From contig NC_043015.1 of the NCBI RefSeq assembly GCF_006345805.1, positions 10,354,001-10,418,000 on the forward strand: a stretch of DNA of 64,000 nt. The letters run 5' to 3'. The notes beneath the pieces are model-generated. The model saw only the letters and a list, made by a program, of their open reading frames with translations. It was not told where the DNA came from and did not search any database. Shown here one piece after another: positions 1 through 13,212 of this stretch (the stretch's first letter is position 1; each line of letters starts with the position of its first letter). A program made the position numbers and the translations under genes. This DNA comes from Octopus sinensis (lineage: Eukaryota).

Positions 1-159
1 ATGCGATGGTCATAAAGTAGAAAAATTTTTCATATCGTGACAATTCTTCTCATCTCTTCCTTTGTACAAAACCAGTGCCAAATATATTTACTAGAAGCCG
101 ATACCGTAATATGCTTCGAGTATACACATAAATACATATGAATATGTATAAATACGTTT

Positions 160-165
160 GTGTAA

Positions 166-205
<40 letters not shown>

Positions 206-478
206 TATATATATAATATATATATATACATACATATATATGCATTACGCATTCACGTTTGCGTCTACGTACATATAAATATATGTATGTATATGTATAC
301 ATGTATATCTATACATATCTCTCTCTCTCTCTATCTATCTATATATATATTACATTTATATAGGAATATCTTATATATATATATATGTGTTCTTATATAT
401 ATATATATATATATGTGTTCTTATATATATATATATAGATATATATATATATAGATATATATATATATATATATATAT
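160..478. repeat. (TA)n / (TC)n compound microsatellite
   Basis: Long TA runs with short interruptions; source of the YIYI-type ORFs in the track. Confidence 0.95.
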
Positions 479-888
479 TCTCGTCTTCTCTACCCTAGGA
501 TTCCATTATCCTCTGAATATCCCTTAAAGTCAGATTGTCAAAGTCATACATCTAGAATTTGGAACAAATAAAATCACATAACCGATTCAAAGAACTACAT
601 CGCGCCTCCCCACTGCAACATTCGCATTTATATAACGTATATCATAAGGGTAATAATTATATATTCTATTCCCAAGGCTGGCTTGCTCCATTTTCGTTTG
701 ATATTCCACAATACCTATAAGGACTTCGTGTTGCGATAATCTTCTGTAAATTATACATATTTTTGCAGTATTTCATTGAACTGTGAAATATCGAATTCCA
801 AGTGAAATCTACAAACACTGGATTCTGCTTATGTGTTTTTGTGAGTGCGTGTGTTTGTCTGTGTGTGTGTGTGAGAGTGAGTGTACAG

Positions 889-930
<42 letters not shown>

Positions 931-980
931 GCTTGTGTATATGTATATATATATGTATATACGCACCCATAGATACATAA

Positions 981-1029
<49 letters not shown>

Positions 1030-1670
1030 CATGCCTGCATACATACATACATATACATCTCTATATATGTACCTTCCTATCACATTTTCATAGGTAGCTT
1101 TTTGTATGGATGTTGTATGTATTTTGTACAATCGAAAACTATTATGCATTTTTAGTAATGACATCATACCAAACAGGATACGTCGATCATAGAAGTTAGT
1201 AACATAACACATGAAATAGATGATTGAAATACCAATATAGTTATTGCCTTAATGGTCACACATTTAACCTATGATTCGAAGAAACCAAACATAACCCTCA
1301 TAAGAGGATAACATCATTAGGTATAAGTTATTGCTCATGTCGGCTTAGAATTTGTTTTTCCTAAGTAATCCATTAAAATATTCTTCAGATTTTTTCTTCA
1401 TAGAATTTATAGTGGAACATGTATCTTTACTCAGTATGTAATATATATATTTTTTTTATACGTACGTAGAGAGAGTGGGAGAGAGAAAGCACTGTAATTA
1501 ATGGTATTCATTACATGAAATATTTACAGATAAAATTTGGAATTGTTCAATATATATTTCTAAGGTGTAAATATGAAGATAGCTCAGACATCATTTGCCA
1601 CATTAGAAAATATCGTTGATACTCACATTTAATGCTTGCTACTTATGTATCTACGTGTCAAATTCAATGC

Positions 1671-1723
<53 letters not shown>

Positions 1724-1897
1724 TGTGTGTGTGAGTGTGTGTGTAAGTGTGTGTGTATGTGTATATATATTTACATATTTATACTTATATATATATATAC
1801 ATATATTGATATATAGATATATCTCTATATAAATATGTATAAATATATATATATGCATTTATACATATACGTACACACACACACAAACACACACACG

Positions 1898-1928
<31 letters not shown>

Positions 1929-2100
1929 TCATATCTTTGCGTTTGTATGTATATACTGAAAAGTTGCTACTTCGAATGAGACAACATTACAGTTAACCTT
2001 TACTTTGAACTCCGTGTAAATCCATGTTTGTCCAAACCAGAAAGGTATTAAACATTCTTTGTTCTCTTATTTTCGTTTGATATTGCGTACATTTGAATAG

Positions 2101-2240
2101 ATAACAGAGTGTATACCCAACATCTGAATGAAACCAGAAATCGGTTTGCGAAAATTTGTGATGTAATAAACAAAAAAAAACCTGAAGTTGAGTCTCTACT
2201 TCATACACCCAAATACGCACACACGCACACACATCTCTGA
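2101..2240 (+). CDS. Candidate coding exon, product unknown
   Basis: Pyrimidine-rich tract ending TTTGAATAG at 2100, then an open frame (D)NRVYTQHLNETRNRFAKICDVINKKKPEVESLLHTPKY to TGA at 2238-2240. No recognised homology; could be chance. Confidence 0.15.
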
Positions 2241-2701
2241 GTGTACACAGTATAAATACACGAGCTACTAAAAGTTTCTTTCATAGGATTTGCGGGTCTA
2301 GGCAGGATATTTTAATACGTGCTGTGTTTCCAAACGAGCTTTTAGCATGTGTGCATAGGAGTCGAATAAATGAGAAGTTCCATGCAAAATATGATACCAA
2401 TGTTATCCACCCTTCTACATTTTGTGCCTAGCTCCTTGTGATTTCACTTGTACCATCGTCCTGTGATATAAACTTAACAAATTACTTACGGAAAGCCTAA
2501 AATTGCTCGGAGACACAAGACGTGTTATAAAGTTCTTCCTAGGGCAGAGTTTCTTATGCAAGTAATTATTAGTATCATTTATATATCTATTATGTACATT
2601 AAATGAGATATATCTATCACTGAATAGAGTACTTTTTAGTTGATCATGCATTAAAGAACATTAATTGCTCCTTCTACCTCCTATTGCTTTATATGTATAT
2701 G

Positions 2702-2733
<32 letters not shown>

Positions 2734-2743
2734 TGTATGTATG

Positions 2744-2812
<69 letters not shown>

Positions 2813-2815
<3 letters not shown>

Positions 2816-2974
2816 GACGGGGTTCTTACAGTTTCCTTCCACGTAATCCACTCACAAGGCTTTGGTCGACCGGAAGTTATAGTAGAAGACACTTGCCCAA
2901 GGTGCCACACTGTGGGACTGGATCCGGAACTATGTGATTGGGAAGCAAGCTACTTACCAAACACCCATTCCCGC
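2813..2974 (-). mobile_element. tRNA-derived SINE family A, head only
   Basis: Reverse complement of the head seen at 51549 (GGCGCAGGAGTGGCTGTGTGGTAAGTAGCTTG...GGGTTCAGTCCCACTGCGTGGCACCTTGGGCAAGTGTCTTCTACTAT); A-box and B-box-like motifs; flanked by (TA)n. Confidence 0.85.
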
Positions 2975-2988
2975 TGATCTATATATAT

Positions 2989-3059
<71 letters not shown>

Positions 3060-3435
3060 AGGAATAAACCAGTTTCATTCAAATTGTTGGTAGTTTTGTT
3101 TCAAACGTGATGCTCGTCATCAGTCATTTTGAATCCGAATGACAGAAGATGATTGATGATTTGTCATTACAGTAACGTAGGCTGCAATGGGATGATGAAG
3201 GTCACTCAGTGTCGTGGTTTGATGTAAACACCTCTGAAAAGGGATTGTGTGCGTTCCCAGTGAATATTGCTCTCAAGGGCGCTAGTGTTGAAAGAAAATT
3301 ACAATGAATGACATTTAGTTTTACAGTAGATATACAAATAATTTTGAATATAGATTTTAAAATAAAATAACATGTAGATTATCAATACATTTACAGCACT
3401 TAAAACATAAATATCTGATGGTTTGGTGACTCCTA

Positions 3436-3670
3436 TTAAATTTGCAGACACTCTTCATAAACAGCATTTTTGATATTTCCTTGTGGGGCATAAATAAACA
3501 AAGGATTAGGATTGCCAAATCTTGAGCTTCCCACATAAAGTTGGCCATGGGAGAAAACTGGTTCCGCATGTGTCAGACCTACCACGTTGAAGACATTTTC
3601 CTGGGCCTTGTTAATGTCCATTGTAAGCTCAGTTTCAACAGGAATTGCGGGCGCTTGAACTGTTTGACTG
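3436..3670 (-). mobile_element. Helitron RepHel PIF1-like helicase C-terminal relic
   Basis: QFKRPQF, frameshift, then MDINKAQENVFNVVGLTHAEPVFSHGQLYVGSSRFGNPNPLFIYAPQGNIKNAVYEECL. Matches the Helitron helicase end motif FKRxQFP-x-AMTINKSQG-x-VFSHGQLYVAxSR-x-KNVVYxEVL. Confidence 0.9.
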
Positions 3671-4170
3671 GTCTGTTTACGCTATTGCAGAAAGTGTTTA
3701 TGGATGAATCCCTTAAATTTAATTTCTCCATATGTTCCTAGATATTTTTCAACACTCAAGCAATCACTTTTCCAGTTCGACCTTTGTGCATTATATTACA
3801 AACACGTTCGCCAGTGAAGTATAATTTTCTTCCTATGACACCGCACACTGTTTTGTTTGAAATATATGATTTTGCTTTACCCATCTGTTCCCTTGATTTC
3901 TAGATTATGATTGTAATATCACATCCTGTGTCTAGTAGCATCCTTACACTCGTGTTTTCAATTCTCACATTCCCGAATATTATGTTAGTTGTAGTCACAA
4001 CTTATCCTGTTGACAAACTATTTTTTTTCTTGTTTTTTCCATTTCCTTACCATTCTATTTTTCCAGTGTGATCTTATATGTCCTGTAAACCTGCAGCGAA
4101 AACACTTTGCTTTTTTATACTGAAGTCGTCAATAGAATGGTTCTATCTGGCACTGTACGACCCCAGTCCT
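3671..4170 (-). mobile_element. Ty3/Gypsy LTR retrotransposon gag zinc knuckle plus aspartic protease relic
   Basis: KCFRCRFTGHIRSHW (C-x2-C-x4-H-x4-C with last C changed to W) at about 4066-4104. VRMLLDTGCDITII (DTG protease motif) at about 3905-3945, followed by TVCGVIGRKLYFTGERVC; several stop codons. Confidence 0.8.
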
Positions 4171-4206
4171 ACAGTGTTATTATCCTCAAGAGGCTGGATC
4201 GTTATA

Positions 4207-4374
4207 AGGTGAAATCAGTATCACAGTATAAATACTATATTAGCACAGATACGGCTATCAAACCGTCTACTCGTACTTCCGACCCTTCTCCTGTCGACCG
4301 GTTACTGGTCTATTTATAATAGCAAGCTATAAACACTGTCTACCGTAAGGAGCACACAGTTTCCCTATACAACA
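4207..4374 (-). mobile_element. Possible LTR remnant upstream of the Gypsy relic
   Basis: Minus strand begins TGTTGTATAG and contains TATAAATA. No second LTR and no clear primer-binding site seen. Confidence 0.2.
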
Positions 4375-6110
4375 AATATTCAGATACATACTAACTGAGA
4401 AATGTAGAAACGTTTGTCTTTCTGACTTTCGAAATTTGAGACGACTGTATGAGTGCGTGCTACGTGTGCATGCGCGTATATAAGTTCCTTTACTTGCTAT
4501 TGTGTCAAGCGTGTGTGCATTTGTGTATGACTGTGTATGTACGTAGATGTGTGCATTTATGTGTGAATGTGTGTCTGTGTGCGTGTTTGTAATAAGTGTA
4601 CTTGTTTCGATATCACTAAATAATAATTTTTCCTACTAATCATTTATCCTTACCTTATTTCTCATTTCCTCAAAATTTAAGAAATACCAAAGGAAATAAC
4701 AGAAGCGTTTTACCTTTTATACATTTTGGAATATTTTCTTACTAATCAGTGTCAAAGTGTATCTTCTGTAGTACGCTGTAAAATTTCCCATGTCAATATA
4801 TATTTGTATATGAAGTTTTATTTGTTCACTATATCGAGTTTGCTAATAAGGCTTTTAAACACAATCAAAACATTTTGCTATTCAATCATAAATTTAAAGA
4901 CATTGGAAATCATAAATTAGAAATGTTATTGTTTTTATTCTTGTTTGCATTACGAACTTCATCGATTATGTTGTTTTCTTGATGATCTTGCTATAGTTGA
5001 TGATGTCGATAGTAGTGATGGTGATGATGGAGTTGGTACTAATTTTTTTTCTTCATTAATGTGGTTATTGATTTAGTGTAAGTAGTTGTAGTTTGGCGAG
5101 TGATGTTACTAATTCATAATTTCCATTAAAGTTCGAGATATGTTCAATTATTGGAAATTGGGAAACAAGAAACGGAAAGTGTCTCGGGCAACAAAATATT
5201 TTAGAGGTCAGTCTACCCATTGATAGATCTTATATCTCGTTGGCAATTTGCTTTGTTGCTTTCATTAATTACTCACTAACCAATCCTATCATTTGATAAA
5301 ATTGTAAATTACCCTAGTCGAGAAGCTGGACTCATATCAAAAACGTTTACAATATATGCTGAAAATTTGGAAACAAAATAAAGACAAAAAAACCATAACA
5401 GTAGTGTTGTCATTATTTTTATATGTATAAGAGTATTCGGCTTTGGAATGTATTCAAAGAAAAACATCAATGCTTGCAATAGCCACATTACCATACTTGT
5501 TAATGAGATACTTACAATTTTAATACTGGTATTAAAGCTATCAAGAAAAGATAATATATCAAAGTTAGCGACTTAATAATAATCTGTCATTTCAAGAACA
5601 TTCTGCAACGTCGTATTATAATTTCCCATAGAAGAATTCTGCACACTATTGCACAATTCCCAAGAACGTGTACACAAATATCTGTCAAATGTACAGCTTC
5701 CCATCACAAACCAAGGACAATATAGATGATACATATATGCAGATTTAAAGCAAACAAACAAGAAAAAAAACGGTAAAATTGTCTCGTATTCAATAGCTAT
5801 GGCTAGATGTCTCGTCCATCACGTCTAACGTAGTACTGATCAACAACGGCATCAACTAAAGCAACACACAAACAACAACAGAAATAACATCAGGTTATTA
5901 TTTAGTGAAATATTGAAAGTTGTAGAAAAATCAAACCGAAAAAGAAATTAAAATAAAACATTAATCTGAGCGCTCTTCTTTCAGAGAATTTTGAAATGGC
6001 AACAAATAAACAAGAAAAACAAAAACAGTATAAGAATATAGTGTGTCATCAGAAATATACAATAGGCAAAGAATTTATACAAATAAAAGCCTCGATGTAA
6101 TGATTACTAG

Positions 6111-6191
6111 TACGTGAAAATTCTTCAAACTCGGTTTCTAAAGAAGAATTTATGCATGAATTGGCAGACTTTGCTTCTGTTTATACTGAAA
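6111..6191 (+). CDS. Candidate 81-nt phase-1/phase-1 exon, product unknown
   Basis: AG at 6109-6110, open frame (V)RENSSNSVSKEEFMHELADFASVYTE, donor GTATGT at 6192 (alternative GTAAAA at 6238). Acceptor lacks a good pyrimidine tract. Confidence 0.15.
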
Positions 6192-6469
6192 GTATGTTAA
6201 ATCATGTGGCAAAAAGGACAGAAAAAATGATGCGTTGGTAAAATTCTTCATTTTATTTCTTTTTTTGTTTCTTTCTACTTGTTTATAAACATGTAAACAA
6301 ACCATTCGTTACGTTTCAATTTTAGATGCAATAACATTCGAAAAATCAATTTCACATACACACGTTTCTATTGTTGTTTATATTTTTTTTGTTATTTTCT
6401 TTTAGTATTCGATTTAATCAAAAGCAAACATATACTCACACAAAAACAGACAAGCTAAGAGAATTATAC

Positions 6470-6475
6470 ATACAA

Positions 6476-6542
<67 letters not shown>

Positions 6543-6800
6543 GCATACACGCAAACACTATATCCCTCTCTCTGACGCACAACTATATCCATGCAACCTG
6601 CCCACACGCAAGCACACACACACGCACACACACACACATACACACACACACACGGGCATAGCAATATTTATGCCTATATATATGTGTGTGCGTTTGCGTG
6701 TGTGTATAGCGACCAAGAGACAGACAGTGTATGTCTTCTTGGACAAGACAAAATATATATGCATATATATATAGTGTCATCGTGTGTGCATATTTATGTG

Positions 6801-6884
<84 letters not shown>

Positions 6885-7003
6885 GTGTATATATACATAT
6901 ATATATATGTATATAATTATGTATATATTTTTATATACATGTATATATATATATATACATATATATGTATGTGTGTATATATCTGTATGCACATATGCAT
7001 AAG

Positions 7004-7043
<40 letters not shown>

Positions 7044-7210
7044 TATATATATGCAGATATATATACGCACACACATAAATATATATGTATGTATATACAT
7101 ATATATATATATATATATCCATATATGCACATATATATATTTTTTTTGTATGCATAACATACCTATAGGTATGTATGTATTTTTGTGCATAAGCATGTAT
7201 ATACACGGAT
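6470..7210. repeat. (TA)n/(CA)n/(TATG)n compound microsatellite field
   Basis: Direct inspection. Confidence 0.95.
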
Positions 7211-7649
7211 TATATATATGTTTCGCTTAGATACGCAAATAAGTAAAGGGTTTCAATAGGAAACGATATTTCAACGTAATTCTAATGTTCAAATTCTACC
7301 TTACATTTCAGACACAACAGTTCCGTACACATGTCTGTTTACGGTTACTTCGTAGAATATGTACGGAATCCAGCGTACATACATATGTTCATCCAACCAC
7401 GAATATATCTAAATACACGCGCACACAAATCCATATACACACACACACATTTACACTTGTCTGCTTGGTGGATGTTTATATACGTGTTTGGGAGTGTACA
7501 TATAGAGAAATAGATATCCATATACCTATATGTATGTATGTGCGTGTGCGCGTTTTTGTATGCCTGTGTGTATGTATGTATATACATATATAACATGATC
7601 ACTTAAACACAGACAGACATATGCTTGTGTTCATTATTTCAAATCTTGA

Positions 7650-7845
7650 GGCGACTAGCTTGCAAGACCATTGCCTGGCCGGATCAAATTTTTAGCGCCT
7701 TTTGTGTTCGCGTTTAAATTCTCAGAGCAACTTTGCCTTTCATCCTTTCGTGGTCGATAAAATGAGTCGCATTCAAGCAACGGGTTGGATGTAATCGACT
7801 TAGTTCCCTCTCAAAAACTATTGGTCCTATGCCAAAACAAAACTG
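7650..7845 (+). mobile_element. tRNA-derived SINE family B, degenerate
   Basis: Contains CAACTTTGCCTTTCATCCTTTCGTGGTCGATAAAATGAGT...GATGTAATCGACTT, the family B core. Confidence 0.7.
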
Positions 7846-8078
7846 AAAAATATATTTCAAATTTTCATATTATTTTAATGGTTATTACGCTTTAAAATGT
7901 GTTGTTGTTGTTGCTAGTGCTGATGGTGGTGGTGATCATAATGATGTGGTTTGCATGGTGGTGGTGGTTTGCATGATGGTGGTGGTTGATGGAGGACAGA
8001 TTAGTGAGCTACATTACGTTTTTAAACTGCAAACTCACGAGTCCCATGCTATTATTATTCCTCCCACAGACGCGCATA

Positions 8079-8100
8079 TTCAGTCTTGCCCACGTCTGAA

Positions 8101-8156
<56 letters not shown>

Positions 8157-8165
8157 ACAACATCA
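8079..8165. repeat. (ATC)n microsatellite
   Basis: Direct inspection. Confidence 0.95.
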
Positions 8166-9028
8166 GCATGAACATTGTCTCCATCATTGTTACAACAATC
8201 CTTTATAGTGTTTTTTTAAATTTCTTTATTGTTCTTAATGATAATTAGAATTTGGCACATTATATGGCGATGAAGGAGTCGACGTGGAAAGTAGCAGCAG
8301 GACAATGGAAAGAGGTGGATGAATGTAATTTTCATGATTTATGATATCAAATTTCTTTATTAGAAAAGCAAGCTACGTTGTTTTCTTTCTAACTATTAAT
8401 ATATATTAAATTCATTGAAAGGTGAAACTTATTTTCCCTACAGCATCGTCCATCATATGTAACTTTGTCACTGAGTTGATTTCAGCTCGGTTTCATTGTA
8501 TTTTGTAATTATTTCTTATTATTTAATTTTCTTGCTATATTTCTTTCAGTTAAATATAGTTTTCTAATTTGTCCATGGTATTTATTTATTTTTATATTTG
8601 TTTATACATTTATCAATTATATTTGTTTAAGAAAGAAATTGTTGAAATTGTTTTGAAGAAGTACACACATCGTGAGACAAAAAATATATATATTGTTTCT
8701 TAATCTTTTCTTTACCGTTTTGTGAAATTTGGAATAAATATACTTAAAATTACTTGTCAGATATTTATTGGAAGGTGTCTGAATTCCAAAATATATTATA
8801 CAATTATTATTTAAAAACATTATAAAGGTTGATTTGGAACAATAAACAGAGAATTTCATTGTTTGCTTTTTACCTGTTTCTCTTTCTTTAGCTCCCTAGT
8901 TCAATTCTTACCCTAGTTGAATATTGCTTCTTCACTTTTAATCCGCTTCAGTAGGTTTGGGTCATATCTACCCAAACTATTTGACTTATATAGGACATAA
9001 CCAATTCTAACTAAAGTTATTTGAATAA

Positions 9029-9442
9029 GGCGGAGAGCTGGCAGAGACGTTAGCGCGCCAGGCAAAATGCTTAGCGGTATTTCGTCAGACGCTACGTTCT
9101 GAGTTCAAATTCCACCGATGTCAACTTTGCTTTTCATCCTTTCTGGGTTGATTAAATAAGTACCAGTTACGCACTATGGTCGATATAATCGACTTAATCC
9201 GTTTGTCTGTCGTTGTTTGTCCTCTCTGCTTTTAGCCCCTTGTAGGTAGTAAAGAAATAGGTATTTCGCCAGCCGCTACGTTCTGAGTTCAAATTCCGCC
9301 GAGTTCGACTTTGCCGTTCATCCTTTCGGAGTCGATAAATTAAGTACCAGTTACGCACTGGGGTCGATATAATCGACTTAATCCGTTTGTCTGTCCTTGC
9401 TTGACCCCTCTCTGTGTAGCCCCTTTTGGGCAATAAAGAAAT
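9029..9442 (+). mobile_element. SINE family B head-to-tail dimer
   Basis: Head GGCGGAGAGCTGGCAGAGACGTTAG with B-box GAGTTCAAATTCC. A second unit starts at about 9260 at GGTATTTCG and repeats the core and tail. Confidence 0.9.
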
Positions 9443-10999
9443 CATAAAGTTAGTTGAATCAGGTTATGCTAATCACCTATACGACCGTCGTTGTAAATTG
9501 ACTATTTCACATAAATAGACTGACAATTCTGAGGAAACATGGGCAGCTGATTTTAATCGAACACTACACTCCGATTCATACAAGGGGCCTGTTATTTATA
9601 GCCATATAGACTGAATGAATTTCTTTGAGTCCCTCGTCTTTCATGACGCCCCTGACATAAAAATCAGGCTTGTTGCTATGTCATTAATTTTAGCGTTTTC
9701 TAATCTCCGCATTCCAAGTGTTTCGAGCAGTAGAACGGATGGCAATGTGACCGAAACCTACTTAGACAATTTAAAATGGAAGCAGCAATATTCAACTAGG
9801 ATAAGATTTGAAATAAGGAACTGCAGAAAGAGAAACAGGCAAGAAAGCAAACAATGTAACTTCGTGCTTGTTTCCAAACCAAACTTTATAACGTTTTTAA
9901 ATATATTATAGTGTTATAATTTTCTTCGTTTTAAACCCGGCACCACCATATGTTAATTATCAAACACTATGTAAAGTATACATGGAGTGAATACGTTCAT
10001 CTACCAGTATAGAGTTTTAACTAGAAGTACTAATTTGTGTTTATTGATCTTAATCCCGCTGTTTATACAGTTATATGTCGAAAATGTATACATTTTACAA
10101 TATTTAGTTTCCGCTGGACTAATAAATAATACAAACATATGTAATGTAGATTTCATTCGTACAAGTTTACTAGTCCTCATCGGACCATAAATGGATGTCT
10201 TTAAAATTCGAGTCCTCCGTGAATGCTTAAGATACTAATGTAAATGTTGTTTTTTTTCTTATTTCTGGTACCCACAAAATCGCATCGTGTGTCTATCAAA
10301 CAATTTCACCTCCTCATTAATACTAAGGTCTACTCTAATTGATTACGAATCATTTAAAGAGTTTATCGCTTCGCAAACTTCCACCAGTCTGAGAAAGTCG
10401 CACTGATTCCTTTCTGTCGAAAACCATTCACTCATGTAAAAAGTTATTTCTGAAAGAACATTGTCCCTGTGACTGGATCCAACCCAATTTATGATTTACA
10501 CTGAATTAATTAGGAATGCTTGATGCCTAGAATGTCAAGCAACACTGAGAGCTATCTGACTGAGACTGACAACCATTTCTCCAAACATCATACAAGAATA
10601 GATGTGCATACACAGCTGGGCAGCGGTACAATGATAATTGGGTATGAATGAAAGATGCCAAAATCTGTAATTAGATGGATCTTATATGGTATTACACTTA
10701 CAATTGTAAGACGTAGGATCCTCTACTTACAAACAGCAGCTATCTATAAGGTGAAAAGCTATCTCTTATTTTCCTGATAATTATCATGGAATATTCACAT
10801 ATATTTCCTTGAGTTGTACCCTCTTATGATTATTCGAACCTATTCTGGCATGTTGTCTCTCCTTCCTGGTCTGATTAAAACAGGGAAGAAATTGATTTTG
10901 TTGGAAGAATTCTTAAACCCCGCTAATTAAAACAGTCATTGATCTTATTCGTGATCAAGAAAACTAAGACAAGCATTGTGCTTTCATCAGTTTCAGATA

Positions 11000-12295
11000 T
11001 ACGAGGGCGTATCCAAAAGAAATAAGAATTTTGCAATTTTATTTTATTCACTTAGTTTTACATGTTTATACTTTGATTGCCTTCAAGCTATTCTCTATTT
11101 GAAGAAATGCATCGATCCAGACGCGTTTCCCACTATTCGAAGCAGTTCAGTAACTCTTGAGAAGTGATGCGTTTTAATGCCTCAGTAGATTTTTGCTTCA
11201 ACTCTTACACATCTGCAAGACGTTTTTATTTAAGGCCTTTTTGCATTCGAGGAAATAAAAAAAAACCTTGGCAGGGAGCATCATCGAGTCAATAGGAAGG
11301 GGGGGGGTAAGCGGATTCATGTCATTCTTGTCAAAAACTGTATCACACTCAAGGCGGAGTGCGCACGTGCATTGTTGTCTTGAAACCACAGCTCTCCACT
11401 TTGCCACAGGCCGGGGTGTTTTCGTTTCACCGCGTCTCACAAATGCTTTAGAAATGCCAAGTAAAATATCTGCTTAACAGTTTAACCATAACCAATGGTA
11501 ACAAATTCAGCGTGGACAATTTCTTTTGCATCGATGAAACAAATCAGCATAGTGTTGACATTGGAGTTCACTTGACGCGCTTTTGTGGGGCGTGGCGATA
11601 TTGACTGGATTGCTGCTACATTTCTGGGTTGTAGCCGTAGCAACGGCTTTCGTAACCAGTTATGACGTTAGGAAAATGTTACGGATCAACTTCAAACTGT
11701 TCTTTCAATTCACGACTCGCATTCAGTCGTGACTACTTTTGATCTTCCGTTAGCAAGTAACGCACAAATCTTGCTGCAACTGTTTTCATTCACAATTCCT
11801 CGCTCGTAATTCGTTAGCAGGAGCTCCATGAAACATCGGTCGCATCAACAGGTTTATTAATTGTTCCGTGGCAGTACTCCAGGATCAATTCATGAATTTT
11901 CATGTTTTCATTTATGCGATAGGTCGACGGTCTCCCTGAACGAAATTAATCCTCAGGTGACCAGTTACCATTTGTAAAGCCTGACAACCATTCGTAAACT
12001 TGTGTTTTGCACATGTTGGCGTTCTTGTAAGCTATCTGAAACATCACAACTGTTTCGGCAGCGATTTTCCCGAACAGAAAATAGAATTTCAAGGAAGCAC
12101 GCTGTTCCCTCGTTTCAGCCGTCGGAAAATTCGAGGAGCAGCGTGAAAGCACTGGGAAGCAATAATGCACCACGAGACAGTACGCTCGAACCAACTGATG
12201 CTGGTCGGCAGACTGATACTTGAGGGTTGCATCAAGTGGTTTGTAGCAGAAGAAGCCTGAGCTTTAACAGGCCTGTCCCACAGAGAACATTTCCG
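11000..12295 (-). mobile_element. Mariner DNA transposon relic (D,D34D-type), degraded transposase
   Basis: TA plus TIR CGAGGGCGTATCCAAAAGAAATAAGAAT at 11000-11029. N-terminus EQRASLKFYFLFGKIAAETVVMFQIAYKNANMCKTQVYEW at about 11950-12110; ITGYESRCYGYNPE (ITGDESW motif) at about 11630-11670; C-terminal FDKNDMNPLTPP. The other TIR is largely deleted. Confidence 0.9.
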
Positions 12296-12834
12296 TGAAA
12301 TGCAAGATAATAAATGTGTATCATTCTAATCTGTGCGAGTTAGTTTAATATTTTCATGATTACGTTCTTTATAGCAAAATTTGGTTCACATATGTTTTGT
12401 GCTAGTGTGCAAAATATGTTATGACTTAAACACTGGGCAATTTATATAAATATATGTTTTTACTATCGTTCATTTCAGAATAAAAAAAGGAAAAAAGAAA
12501 TATCTTAAAAATCCTCCCACATTTTCTAATATATATGCTGAGACAAGGTAACTAATTAATATTTTTGATATAAAGTTGTAAAGATTTATGTACATTTTAT
12601 TAGTATAATTCACCACATGTGTGGTATGTACACTTCCGAACATCCTCCCAGTGAGAAGGTCAATGCATTGGGTAAATAAAGGAAATTGACCGAGAGGATC
12701 TGGTGTTTCATATACCTGCACACCACAGCCATTTACTTATATACTAAGACACATATGAATATAAATACATATTTATACATATGTATGGATAGGTATGCAC
12801 ATACATACATATATATATATATATACCACGTGAT

Positions 12835-13212
<378 letters not shown>

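Noticed and set aside
3095-3125. Minus-strand CTGATGA...GAAAC
   Set aside because: Stem II cannot close and there is no UH or stem I.
3270-3295. CTAG as a Helitron 3' terminus
   Set aside because: No GC-rich hairpin precedes it on the minus strand.
10960-10995. Minus-strand CTGATGA followed by an AAGC/GCTT stem
   Set aside because: GAAA is absent (GTCT instead).
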